DNA of 64,000 nucleotides from Escherichia coli (GTDB lineage Bacteria; Pseudomonadota; Gammaproteobacteria; Enterobacterales; Enterobacteriaceae): NCBI RefSeq assembly GCF_044324875.1, contig NZ_CP172185.1; one strand, 5' to 3'. Shown piece by piece: positions 51,243 to 64,000 of this stretch (position 1 is its first letter; each line of letters starts with the position of its first letter). The notes under the pieces were generated by a model. It saw only the letters and a program-made list of their open reading frames with translations, ran no database searches and was not told where the DNA came from. The position numbers and the translations under genes were made by a program.

Positions 51243-52516
51243 TTAACTTCCCCTTGTGTCAACGCAATATCGCGATCATCGACCTTGATAGCCGTAATTT
51301 CGTTGTCGGATTCGCGGAAAAAAATCATGAACAGCACGGCGATAATGGCAATCATCACCGCGCCAAAAGTCCACATCCCGGACCAGTTGAAAGTCAGTCC
51401 GTTTACCGGTTCCTGATAAGCGAACATCTTTTCCATCATCACACCGCCAAGACGATAGCCGAGCAAACTGCCGAAGCCCTGGCAGCAGAGTGTGATCAGC
51501 CCCTGCGCGGCGGTACGCATATGCACGGGGGCTTTTTTATCGACATAGATGTAAGCGGTAACGTAGTAAAAATCGTAACTTACGCCGTGCAGCAAAATGC
51601 CGAGGAACAGTAACGCGTAGGTGAAATATTCATCCGCACTACCGTAAATAAAGAAGCCATAGCGGATCGCAGCGGTGACCAGACCAAGTAATAATACCTT
51701 TTTGATACCAAAGCGTTTGGTGAAAAACGGCAATGCCAGCATAAAGAAGATTTCAGAGAACTGGCCGAGCGTCATCCAGCCAGTGGCGTTTTTCATACCG
51801 ACTTCGGTCAGATAACCGTTGGCAAAGATGTAATAGAACGCCAGTGGCATCGCAAACAGGAATGAACAGAAGAAAAAGACGAGGAAGTTTTTATCGCGCA
51901 GCAGGATCAGCGCATCCAGGCCGAGCATGACTTTAATGTCCATTTTGCCGGTGCTTTTTGGCGGCGTGTCGGGCAGGAAAAACGCAAACACACCGAGCAG
52001 AGCAGAACTTCAGGCGGTAATCAGCAGCGGGATGTTAGTCGGAGAGATATCGGCATAACCCAGCATTTGCGGCAAAAATCCACATGCAAGACCGGAGGCA
52101 ATCCAGCCGATAGTGCCCATCACACGAATGCGTGGGAAATCACGCTCCACATCCGGCACGTTGGCAAAAGCGATACTGTTAGTCAGCGCAATGGTCGGCA
52201 TATAGGTTAGCGAGTAGGCCAGCAGTAACGGGAAGAACCCGGCAAAAGTGGTCTGTTGCGCAGCGAAATACATCAACGCCGCACCAGCGAACATCAATAC
52301 CGCCAGCACTTTCTGCGCCGAGAAAAAGCGGTCAGTGATGGAGCCAACCAGAATTGGCGACAGGATCGCCGCAATGGCGGTACAGGCATACGACCAGCCA
52401 ATTTCTCCGGCACTAAAACCGCTTTTACTTAACCACAACCACAATGGCACAAACCACGCGCCCCAGATAAACCATTCAACAAACATCATGAACGACAGCT
52501 TTGCTGTTGTTTTCAT
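51239..52516 (-). pseudogene. yegT: Nucleoside transporter YegT (MFS) with an in-frame TGA at 52010-52012
   Basis: Two ORFs (168 aa and 250 aa) in the same frame separated by one TGA plus six sense codons (SSALLG). Confidence 0.75.
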
Positions 52517-52772
52517 CTTTTAATTCCTTCATGACAGGTAATGTAAGGTACGCGATGACAATACCATTTAATAATACCTTTTAAATACCTTTGCGGTGAA
52601 AACTTGACCGCGGTAACATTTTTTCTGATGAATCGAGCCAACAGAAAACGCTGAAAAAACATCCAAAAGATGGAAAAACTCGCCTGTAACGACCAGGATT
52701 ATGATTGCCCGCAAAAGGCGGGCCAGGACAATCCATAGCCGATATCCAATCGGAATTTACGGGAGCATAGTA

Positions 52773-53825
52773 ATGACAGATATTGCGCAGTTGCTTGGCA
52801 AAGACGCCGACAACCTTTTACAGCACCGTTGTATGACTATTCCTTCTGACCAGCTTTATCTCCCCGGACATGACTACGTAGACCGCGTGATGATTGACAA
52901 TAATCGCCCGCCAGCGGTGTTACGTAATATGCAGACGTTGTACAACACTGGGCGTCTGGCTGGCACAGGATATCTTTCTATTCTGCCCGTTGACCAGGGC
53001 GTTGAGCACTCTGCCGGAGCTTCATTTGCCGCTAACCCGCTCTACTTTGACCCGAAAAACATTGTTGAACTGGCGATCGAAGCGGGCTGTAACTGTGTGG
53101 CGTCAACTTACGGCGTGCTGGCGTCGGTATCGCGGCGTTACGCGCATCGCATTCCATTCCTCGTCAAACTTAATCACAACGAGACGCTAAGTTACCCGAA
53201 TACCTACGATCAAACGCTGTATGCCAGCGTGGAGCAGGCGTTCAACATGGGCGCGGTGGCGGTTGGTGCGACTATCTATTTTGGCTCGGAAGAGTCACGT
53301 CGCCAGATTGAAGAAATTTCTGCGGCTTTTGAACGTGCGCACGAGCTGGGCATGGTGACAGTGCTGTGGGCCTATTTGCGTAACTCCGCCTTTAAGAAAG
53401 ATGGCGTTGATTACCATGTTTCCGCCGACCTGACTGGTCAGGCGAACCATCTGGCGGCAACCATAGGTGCAGATATCGTCAAACAAAAAATGGCTGAAAA
53501 TAACGGCGGCTATAAAGCGATTAATTACGGTTATACCGACGATCGCGTGTACAGCAAGTTGACCAGCGAAAACCCGATTGATCTGGTGCGTTATCAGTTA
53601 GCTAACTGCTATATGGGCCGCGCAGGGTTGATAAACTCCGGCGGTGCTGCAGGCGGTGAAACTGACCTCAGCGATGCAGTGCGTACTGCGGTTATCAACA
53701 AACGCGCTGGCGGAATGGGGCTGATTCTTGGACGTAAGGCGTTCAAGAAATCGATGGCTGACGGCGTGAAACTGATTAACGCCGTGCAGGACGTTTATCT
53801 CGATAGCAAAATTACTATCGCCTGA
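52773..53825 (+). CDS. fbaB: Fructose-bisphosphate aldolase class I
   Basis: 350 aa from [21 protein letters not shown]... Confidence 0.9.
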
Positions 53826-53998
53826 TACGCCTTATACGAACAGCACTACCCCGTATGACGGAAAAGGCGTTTACGTCGCATCCGGCATAAAAACACGCGC
53901 ACTTTGCTACGGCTTCCCTATCGGGAGGCCGTTTTTTTGCCTGTCATTCTGATTAATTTTCGAATTGTCGTTTTTGTGATCGTTATCTCGACATTTAA

Positions 53999-56198
<2,200 letters not shown>

Positions 56199-56207
56199 GG
56201 ACGGTAT

Positions 56208-56660
56208 ATGACTAACCTGTTTGTTCGTAGCGGAATTTCTTTTGTCGATCGTAGCGAAGTTTTAACCCATATCGGTAATGAGATGCTCGCGAAAGGTGTG
56301 GTTCATGATACATGGCCACAGGCATTAATTGCCAGAGAAGCAGAATTCCCTACCGGGATAATGCTTGAGCAGCACGCCATTGCAATACCGCATTGTGAGG
56401 CGATTCATGCTAAGTCGTCAGCCATTTATCTGTTAAGGCCAACAAATAAAGTTCATTTTCAGCAAGCGGATGATGATAACGACGTGGCGGTATCGTTGGT
56501 TATTGCGTTAATTGTGGAAAATCCGCAGCAGCAATTGAAACTTTTACGCTGTTTATTTGGCAAGTTACAACAGCCCGAGATCGTCGAGACACTAATCACT
56601 CTTCCTGAAACCCAGTTAAAGGAATACTTCACAAAGTATGTTTTAGATTCAGACGAATAA
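56208..56660 (+). CDS. gatA: Galactitol PTS enzyme IIA
   Basis: 150 aa; operon position. Confidence 0.9.
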   Translation: MTNLFVRSGISFVDRSEVLTHIGNEMLAKGVVHDTWPQALIAREAEFPTGIMLEQHAIAIPHCEAIHAKSSAIYLLRPTNKVHFQQADDDNDVAVSLVIALIVENPQQQLKLLRCLFGKLQQPEIVETLITLPETQLKEYFTKYVLDSDE

Positions 56661-56690
56661 ATCCCTCTGTAACAATAAAAAGGACTATTT

Positions 56691-56975
56691 ATGAAACGCA
56701 AGATTATTGTCGCTTGCGGAGGCGCGGTTGCGACCTCTACGATGGCGGCGGAAGAAATTAAAGAGTTGTGTCAGAGTCATAATATTCCTGTTGAATTAAT
56801 CCAGTGTCGGGTTAATGAAATAGAAACCTATATGGATGGCGTGCATTTGATATGCACCACTGCCAGGGTGGATCGAAGTTTTGGCGATATTCCGTTAGTT
56901 CACGGCATGCCTTTTGTTTCTGGTGTCGGTATCGAAGCATTACAAAATAAAATTCTGACTATCTTACAGGGGTGA
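56691..56975 (+). CDS. gatB: Galactitol PTS enzyme IIB
   Basis: 94 aa; N-terminal Cys ([10 protein letters not shown]). Confidence 0.9.
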
Positions 56976-56978
56976 CCT

Positions 56979-58334
56979 ATGTTTTCAGAAGTCATGCGTT
57001 ATATTCTCGACCTCGGCCCTACGGTGATGCTGCCAATTGTCATCATTATTTTTTCTAAAATATTAGGCATGAAGGCAGGCGATTGCTTTAAAGCGGGTCT
57101 GCATATCGGGATTGGCTTTGTTGGCATTGGCCTTGTGATTGGCTTAATGCTGGATTCCATTGGTCCGGCGGCGAAAGCGATGGCGGAAAATTTCGACCTG
57201 AATCTGCATGTGGTCGATGTCGGTTGGCCGGGCTCTTCACCAATGACCTGGGCGTCGCAAATTGCGCTGGTGGCGATTCCGATTGCGATTCTGGTTAACG
57301 TGGCGATGCTACTGACCCGTATGACGCGGGTGGTAAATGTTGATATCTGGAATATCTGGCATATGACCTTCACCGGCGCATTGCTGCATCTGGCAACCGG
57401 TTCATGGATGATAGGGATGGCGGGTGTGGTAATTCACGCGGCGTTTGTTTATAAGCTCGGCGACTGGTTTGCCCGCGATACCCGAAATTTCTTTGAGCTG
57501 GAAGGCATTGCTATTCCGCACGGTACGTCGGCGTATCTGGGGCCAATTGCGGTGCTGGTGGATGCTATCATCGAGAAAATCCCAGGCGTTAACCGTATTA
57601 AATTTAGCGCCGACGATATTCAGCGCAAATTTGGTCCGTTTGGCGAGCCTGTCACCGTGGGTTTTGTGATGGGGCTGATTATCGGCATCCTCGCGGGTTA
57701 CGATGTCAAAGGTGTATTGCAGCTGGCGGTAAAAACGGCGGCAGTTATGCTGCTGATGCCACGGGTGATTAAACCCATCATGGATGGTTTAACGCCTATC
57801 GCTAAGCAGGCCCGTAGTCGTTTACAGGCGAAGTTCGGCGGTCAGGAGTTCCTGATTGGCCTTGATCCGGCGTTGCTGCTGGGGCATACGGCGGTGGTAT
57901 CGGCAAGCCTGATTTTTATCCCGCTCACCATTTTAATTGCTGTTTGTGTTCCGGGTAATCAGGTACTGCCGTTTGGCGACCTTGCCACCATCGGTTTCTT
58001 TGTGGCGATGGCGGTCGCCGTGCATCGTGGAAATCTGTTCCGCACCTTAATCTCGGGTGTCATCATTATGAGCATCACCCTGTGGATCGCGACGCAAACT
58101 ATTGGTTTGCACACCCAACTGGCGGCTAACGCTGGGGCGTTAAAAGCCGGAGGCATGGTGGCATCAATGGATCAGGGCGGTTCTCCCATTACCTGGTTAC
58201 TGATTCAGGTTTTCTCCCCGCAAAATATTCCCGGTTTCATTATTATCGGTGCCATTTATCTTACCGGTATTTTCATGACCTGGCGTAGAGCGCGCGGCTT
58301 TATTAAACAAGAGAAAGCCGTTCTCGCAGAATAA
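56979..58334 (+). CDS. gatC: Galactitol PTS enzyme IIC
   Basis: 451 aa polytopic membrane protein. Confidence 0.92.
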   Translation: MFSEVMRYILDLGPTVMLPIVIIIFSKILGMKAGDCFKAGLHIGIGFVGIGLVIGLMLDSIGPAAKAMAENFDLNLHVVDVGWPGSSPMTWASQIALVAIPIAILVNVAMLLTRMTRVVNVDIWNIWHMTFTGALLHLATGSWMIGMAGVVIHAAFVYKLGDWFARDTRNFFELEGIAIPHGTSAYLGPIAVLVDAIIEKIPGVNRIKFSADDIQRKFGPFGEPVTVGFVMGLIIGILAGYDVKGVLQLAVKTAAVMLLMPRVIKPIMDGLTPIAKQARSRLQAKFGGQEFLIGLDPALLLGHTAVVSASLIFIPLTILIAVCVPGNQVLPFGDLATIGFFVAMAVAVHRGNLFRTLISGVIIMSITLWIATQTIGLHTQLAANAGALKAGGMVASMDQGGSPITWLLIQVFSPQNIPGFIIIGAIYLTGIFMTWRRARGFIKQEKAVLAE

Positions 58335-58523
58335 TTTTTACCTGAGGGGGAGTTTATCCCCCTTAATAATCAGGAGTTTTTATGAAATCAGTGGTGAATG
58401 ATACTGATGGTATCGTGCGCGTTGCCCAACGAGTCATTCCTGAAATTAAACATCAGGATGAGGTGCGGGTAAAAATTGCCAGCTCGGGATTATGTGGTTC
58501 CGATTTACGGTAATGACTCCAAC

Positions 58524-59027
58524 TTATTGATAGTGTTTTATGTTCAGATAATGCCCGATGACTTTGTCATGCAGCTCCACCGATTTTGAGAACGACAGCG
58601 ACTTCCGTCCCAGCCGTGCCAGGTGCTGCCTCAGATTCAGGTTATGCCGCTCAATTCGCTGCGTATATCGCTTGCTGATTACGTGCAGCTTTCCCTTCAG
58701 GCGGGATTCATACAGTGGCCAGCCATCCGTCATCCATATCACCACGTCAAAGGGTGACAGCAGGCTCATAAGACGCCCCAGCGTCGCCATAGTGCGTTCA
58801 CCGAATACGTGCGCAACAACCGTCTTCCGGAGCCTGTCATACGCGTAAAACAGCCAGCGCTGGCGCGATTTAGCCCCGACATAGCCCCACTGTTCGTCCA
58901 TTTCCGCGCAGACGATGACGTCACTGCCCGGCTGTATGCGCGAGGTTACCGACTGCGGCCTGAGTTTTTTAAGTGACGTAAAATCGTGTTGAGGCCAACG
59001 CCCATAATGCGGGCAGTTGCCCGGCAT
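58524..59027 (-). CDS. insB: IS1 protein InsB
   Basis: 167-aa InsB sequence. Confidence 0.95.
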
Positions 59028-59221
59028 CCAACGCCATTCATGGCCATATCAATGATTTTCTGGTGCGTACCGGGTTGAGAAGCGGTGTAAGTGAACTGCA
59101 GTTGCCATGTTTTACGGCAGTGAGAGCAGAGATAGCGCTGATGTCCGGCGGTGCTTTTGCCGTTACGCACCACCCCGTCAGTAGCTGAACAGGAGGGACA
59201 GCTGATAGAAACAGAAGCCAC
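58946..59221 (-). CDS. insA: IS1 protein InsA
   Basis: 91-aa InsA with zinc-finger CPSC...CSHC. Confidence 0.95.
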
Positions 59222-60304
59222 TGGAGCACCTCAAAAACACCATCATACACTAAATCAGTAAGTTGGCAGCATCACCCCGATTTACCCAGAATATTTAAAA
59301 ATGGTGCACATTATTATCCAATAACGTTAGGCCATGAATTTAGCGGCTATATTGATGCTGTGGGATCCGGTGTTGATGATTTACATCCTGGCGATGCGGT
59401 TGCCTGTGTGCCGTTATTACCCTGTTTTACTTGTCCAGAGTGTTTGAAAGGGTTTTATTCCCAGTGCGCAAGATATGATTTTATTGGCTCGCGGCGTGAT
59501 GGTGGATTTGCTGAGTATATTGTCGTTAACCGAAAAAATGTCTTTGCTCTACCCACGGATATGCCTATTGAGGATGGGGCTTTTATTGAACCGATTACCG
59601 TTGGCCTGCATGCTTTCCATTTAGCGCAAGGTTGTGAGAATAAAAACGTTATTATTATTGGTGCCGGAACCATTGGCCTGCTGGCCATTCAGTGCGCTGT
59701 CGCGCTGGGAGCAAAGAGTGTGACGGCTATCGACATTAGCTCAGAAAAACTGGCACTGGCAAAATCTTTCGGTGCGATGCAAACATTTAACAGCCTTGAA
59801 ATGAGCGCGCCGCAAATGCAGAGCGTTTTACGCGAACTGCGTTTTAATCAGCTTATCCTCGAGACGGCTGGCGTCCCGCAAACCGTCGAACTGGCGGTAG
59901 AGATTGCCGGGCCTCATGCCCAGCTGGCGCTGGTGGGCACGTTGCATCAGGATCTGCATTTAACATCGGCAACGTTTGGCAAAATATTGCGTAAAGAGCT
60001 GACGGTTATCGGCAGTTGGATGAACTACTCCAGCCCTTGGCCGGGGCAGGAGTGGGAAACGGCGTGCCGGTTGCTGACAGAACGTAAGTTAAGCCTGGAG
60101 CCATTAATCGCTTACCGTGGAAGCTTTGAAAGCTTCGCCCAGGCGGTGCGTGACATCGCTCGTAATGCTATGCCGGGCAAAGTGTTGCTCATTCCCTGAA
60201 ACCGCGGGCCAGCGTGATGCTGGCCCGGTATTGTGCAAAACAGATCATTCACCAATGGTCCCCCTTCGTTTACACTAGCCACAATTGAATATGGGTAAAT
60301 GACG

Positions 60305-61078
60305 ATGAATTCATTCGAGCGAAGGAATAAGATCATCCAATTAGTGAATGAACAGGGAACCGTGCTTGTTCAGGATCTGGCGGGAGTATTTGCTGCCTCG
60401 GAAGCGACAATCCGTGCCGATTTGCGCTTTCTCGAACAAAAAGGCGTGGTTACGCGCTTTCATGGCGGTGCGGCGAAAATAATGTCCGGTAATAGTGAAA
60501 CCGAGACCCAGGAAGTTGGGTTTAAAGAGCGATTTCAGCTCGCCAGCGCGCCAAAAAACAGAATAGCGCAGGCGGCAGTCAAAATGATCCACGAAGGGAT
60601 GACCGTTATTCTCGACAGCGGAAGTACGACAATGCTTATCGCCGAAGGATTAATGACCGCCAAAAATATCACGGTGATTACCAACAGTCTCCCGGCAGCA
60701 TTTGCCCTTTCCGAAAATAAAGACATTACTCTGGTCGTCTGTGGTGGGACCGTCCGCCATAAAACACGCTCGATGCATGGTTCCATTGCCGAGCGTTCAT
60801 TGCAGGATATTAATGCCGATTTAATGTTTGTCGGTGCTGATGGTATTGATGCGGTTAATGGTATTACGACCTTTAATGAAGGTTATTCGATTAGCGGGGC
60901 GATGGTTATAGCCGCAAATAAAGTGATTGCCGTTCTCGATTCATCGAAATTTAATCGTCGCGGTTTTAATCAGGTACTGCCAATCGAAAAAATTGACATT
61001 ATTATTACCGATGATGCCGTGTCAGAGGTGGATAAACTGGCATTGCAGAAGACACGGGTGAAATTAATTACGGTGTAG
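60305..61078 (+). CDS. gatR: DeoR-family repressor GatR (intact here)
   Basis: N-terminal HTH and DeoR C-terminal sugar-binding domain; uninterrupted frame. Confidence 0.85.
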   Translation: MNSFERRNKIIQLVNEQGTVLVQDLAGVFAASEATIRADLRFLEQKGVVTRFHGGAAKIMSGNSETETQEVGFKERFQLASAPKNRIAQAAVKMIHEGMTVILDSGSTTMLIAEGLMTAKNITVITNSLPAAFALSENKDITLVVCGGTVRHKTRSMHGSIAERSLQDINADLMFVGADGIDAVNGITTFNEGYSISGAMVIAANKVIAVLDSSKFNRRGFNQVLPIEKIDIIITDDAVSEVDKLALQKTRVKLITV

Positions 61079-61159
61079 TATTGCTCTGTATGCCGGATAA
61101 AGTTTTTACACCGCATCCGGCATTACGGATTCTCCCTGGTTCAAGAGAGAATAGTGTGA

Positions 61160-62059
61160 TTAACGCAACAATGGGCAATCTGGTGGTAATCGACAACGCA
61201 ACGCCGCCGGAAGTATTTCAATATGAAAGTTTTGTCCGCTCAACGGTTCGCCATCAAGATTAAAAGTGATTTCGTGTGGGGCTTGTATATCAAACCACGA
61301 CGAAGCGCCTTCGATAATATTCGGGTTATCTTCGTCAGATTTTAATGTTGATACGAGAGCCGGAAGAATTTCATCGCCGGTAAAAATGCGCAGTTGCAGC
61401 AAGCCATCGTTAATTAACGCGTTCGGGCACAATTGCTGACCGCCACCGGCCTGACGCCCGTTACCAATACCAATGACCAGGGCGTCACCTTGCCAGTGAA
61501 AGTTTTCACCGCGGATCTCACAACGGTCCGGTTGCAGAGTATCCATGCGCATTAAGCCATGAATGATGTAAGAGACGCCACCCAGCGCGGCTTTTAATTT
61601 TTCCGGCGTTTCTGTGGTAATACGCGTCCCAAATCCGCCTGTCGCCATATTAATAAAACAGGTTTGTTTGTTGACCTGCGCCATATCTATCGCAATGGCG
61701 TCACCGGCAATTGCCAGTTTCAGCGCCTTATCCAGTGCCTCAGGAATCCTTACACTGGTGGCAAAATCATTGGCGGTTCCTAATGGCAAAATTCCTAGCG
61801 CGGGTATGTCATCCCCCTCACACTGAATCAACGCCGTAGAAACTTCATTAATGGTGCCATCGCCACCACCGGCAATCACCGTTGCGACGCCCAACTTCCG
61901 GGCCTCCTCTACATATCGTGCGGCATCGCCTTTCTCCCAGGTGACCCGCACATGGATCGTCATTCCTTCCTCACGCAACAGCATAATTGCTTCGCGCAAT
62001 GGTAAATTGTCAGTACTTTTGCCATTAAGAATCAGTAAGCTGGCGGGAAATTCTGCCAT
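61160..62059 (-). CDS. yegS: Lipid kinase YegS (diacylglycerol kinase catalytic domain family)
   Basis: 299 aa, [24 protein letters not shown]... Confidence 0.88.
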   Translation of the reverse strand: MAEFPASLLILNGKSTDNLPLREAIMLLREEGMTIHVRVTWEKGDAARYVEEARKLGVATVIAGGGDGTINEVSTALIQCEGDDIPALGILPLGTANDFATSVRIPEALDKALKLAIAGDAIAIDMAQVNKQTCFINMATGGFGTRITTETPEKLKAALGGVSYIIHGLMRMDTLQPDRCEIRGENFHWQGDALVIGIGNGRQAGGGQQLCPNALINDGLLQLRIFTGDEILPALVSTLKSDEDNPNIIEGASSWFDIQAPHEITFNLDGEPLSGQNFHIEILPAALRCRLPPDCPLLR

Positions 62060-62473
62060 GATCGTATGTGCCTTTATGATTGGTCTGTAGATAGTGTAGA
62101 GCAGAAAAGAAAAGGTGGAGTCAGAACAGGATGAAAGTCGGAGGATAAAAAATCAGTTCAAGTATGGAGGATTCAGTGGTTACCACCAGGAGCTTGCAAT
62201 GGGGACAGTGAATGTTAACGGTAGCCACCGGTAAATTTCAAAAAAGAGCATATACCTAATATTCAACTAAACAGTGGCATCTTCACTATCTTATTCTAAA
62301 TATATTAAAGCCCTCATGGGGATACCTGGGCAGGGCTTCATGTTTGTAATTCCTACTTATGTAGGAAATGTTGTACAGAACATTTATTATAATCCTATTC
62401 AATTATAATAATCATGCCATTATTATATTTTAACACCAGAGCGTGTCGTTGGTATTTAATGGGGGAAGGTAAG

Positions 62474-62791
62474 ATGAAAAAGATAGCTGCTATATCATTA
62501 ATTAGTGTTTTTCTTATGTCTGGGTGTGCTGTACATAATGATGAGACAAGTATCGGTAAATTTGGTCTTGCATATAAAAGTAATATTCAGCGTAAACTCG
62601 ATAACCAATACTACACCGAAGCCGAAGCTTCTTTAGCCAGGGGCAGAATATCTGGTGCAGAAAATATAGTAAAAAATGATGCAGCTCATTTCTGTGTTAC
62701 TCAGGGCAAAAAAATGCAGATAGTTGACCTGAAGACAGAAGGTGCAGGATTACATGGCGTCGCTCGTCTGACATTCAAATGTGGAGAGTGA
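62474..62791 (+). CDS. yegR: Small lipoprotein YegR
   Basis: MKKIAAISLISVFLMSGC lipobox; 105 aa. Confidence 0.7.
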   Translation: MKKIAAISLISVFLMSGCAVHNDETSIGKFGLAYKSNIQRKLDNQYYTEAEASLARGRISGAENIVKNDAAHFCVTQGKKMQIVDLKTEGAGLHGVARLTFKCGE

Positions 62792-62961
62792 GAATATTTT
62801 TTGGTAAGCGTCAAACATGCGCGTTCTGGTTGTGCTTAGCCGGAACCTGTGCGAGCACGATGCCGTTACGTGAAAGGCATCGTGCTATGAAGGGAGATTC
62901 TATCGATGTGGTCAATGGAAGACGGTCACCTGGGATCAATCCGTCTCTATGGTTTATGCAC

Positions 62962-63048
62962 AAAAAATAAGCCCGTGTAAGGGAGATTACACAGGCTAAG
63001 GAGGTGGTTCCTGGTACAGCTAGCATTTTATGGGTTATGTTTTTCAGC
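62962..63048 (-). ncRNA. cyaR: CyaR (RyeE) Hfq-dependent small RNA
   Basis: Minus-strand sequence GCTGAAAAACATAACCCATAAAATGCTAGCTGTACCAGGAACCACCTCCTTAGCCTGTGTAATCTCCCTTACACGGGCTTATTTTTT matches CyaR including its terminator. Confidence 0.85.
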
Positions 63049-63132
63049 GAAACAGATGATAACCTTAATAAATGCAGCTGTATGTGATCGGTTTCTAAGA
63101 ATTTTCCATCCGGGAAAAATAATCGAAATTAA

Positions 63133-64000
63133 TCACTTACCGTGGGGGTTACGCGTGGTTTCCCCGGAGAAATTACGCATCAGCAGCGCGTAATTTAGCT
63201 CAAGATCCTGCGGCACCGGGATCCACACAGTATAACCATCGCCCGGTGCGACCGGCATTGCTTCGCCTTTGGCGTTTTCCATGTGCTCAAGGGTAAAGTT
63301 AATGTTCCCTTGCGGCGTCATCAGCTCAAGGCTGTCGCCAACGGAGAATTTATTTTTCACCGCTACCGCCGCGAGGTCGCCCTTGCGCTCACTGGTAAAC
63401 TCACCAACAAACTGCTGGCGGTCAGAAACTGAATAACCGTATTCGTAGTTCTGATAATCGTCGTGAGTATGACGACGCAGGAAACCTTCGGTATAGCCAC
63501 GATGCGCCAGACCTTCCAGGGTTTCCAGCAGGCTGGTATCGAATGGTTTTCCCGCAGCTGCGTCATCGATAGCTTTACGGTAAACCTGCGCGGTGCGTGC
63601 GCAATAGTAGAAAGATTTGGTACGGCCTTCGATTTTCAGCGAATGCACGCCCATTTTGGTCAGGCGTTCAACATGGGCGATGGCGCGCAGATCTTTCGAG
63701 TTCATGATGTAAGTGCCGTGCTCATCTTCAAACGCGGTCATATACTCGCCCGGACGCTGGGCTTCTTCGATCATAAACACTTTGTCGGTTGGTGCGCCGA
63801 TCCCCAGCGTCGGTTCAACGTTTTGCACCGGAATCGGTTCGTACTTGTGTACGATGTTGCCGACGTCATCTTCTTTCCCTTCCTGGACGTTATACTCCCA
63901 GCGGCAGGCGTTGGTGCAGGTGCCCTGGTTCGGGTCGCGCTTGTTGATATAGCCAGAGAGCAGGCAGCGACCGGAGTAGGCCATGCACAGCGCGCCGTGA
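63133..64000 (-). CDS. yegQ: U32-family peptidase YegQ, 3' portion (5' end beyond the window)
   Basis: Frame open to the window edge; U32 peptidase C-terminal region. Confidence 0.85.
   Translation of the reverse strand, partial: HGALCMAYSGRCLLSGYINKRDPNQGTCTNACRWEYNVQEGKEDDVGNIVHKYEPIPVQNVEPTLGIGAPTDKVFMIEEAQRPGEYMTAFEDEHGTYIMNSKDLRAIAHVERLTKMGVHSLKIEGRTKSFYYCARTAQVYRKAIDDAAAGKPFDTSLLETLEGLAHRGYTEGFLRRHTHDDYQNYEYGYSVSDRQQFVGEFTSERKGDLAAVAVKNKFSVGDSLELMTPQGNINFTLEHMENAKGEAMPVAPGDGYTVWIPVPQDLELNYALLMRNFSGETTRNPHGK

Larger units (their letters stand above)
58509..59276 (-). mobile_element. IS1 (768 bp) with 9-bp target site duplication CCGATTTAC
   Basis: Canonical IS1 terminal inverted repeats (GGTAATGACTCCAACTTATTGAT ... 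ATCAGTAAGTTGGCAGCATCACC); identical 9 bp at 58500-58508 and 59277-59285. Confidence 0.95.
58382..60199 (+). pseudogene. gatD: Galactitol-1-phosphate 5-dehydrogenase gatD, disrupted by IS1 after about codon 42
   Basis: 5' fragment MKSVVNDTDGIVRVAQRVIPEIKHQDEVRVKIASSGLCGSDL stops at the IS1 boundary; the frame resumes after IS1 (PRIFKNGAHYYPITLGHEFSGY... to LLIP). Confidence 0.88.

Overview
Enterobacterial (Escherichia coli / Shigella-type) chromosome segment in two parts. Positions 1-11.8 kb are the right arm of a lambdoid prophage: the 3' part of the J host-specificity gene, two coupled small ORFs, a lipoprotein, a collagen-repeat side tail fibre, a putative fibre chaperone, an IS66-family insertion, a trimeric-autotransporter pseudogene, a small regulator and a dinI-like gene. 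The prophage ends against a 22-codon 5' stub of mlrA (yehV), so the phage sits in mlrA. From 12 kb onward the window is core chromosome in K-12-like order: btsSR, yehS-yehR, yehQPML, a tandem duplicated small-toxin/antisense-RNA locus, yehK, yehI plus two molR-like paralogs, metG, apbC, yehE, yehDCBA fimbriae, rcnB-rcnA-rcnR, thiMD with its TPP riboswitch, yegXWVUT, fbaB, gatYZABC-gatD-gatR, yegS, yegR, cyaR and the 3' part of yegQ. The most interesting element is the tandem zorO/orzO-like type I toxin-antitoxin pair at 22.16-23.26 kb; this family is already described from E. coli O157:H7, so it is not new, but it is absent from K-12 and invisible in the ORF track. Other notable points are the uncharacterised yehLMPQ / yehI / molR module, IS1 in gatD, a nonsense codon in yegT, and an in-frame stop in the prophage adhesin gene. 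All gene names rest on recalled protein sequence and K-12 synteny; no database search was run.
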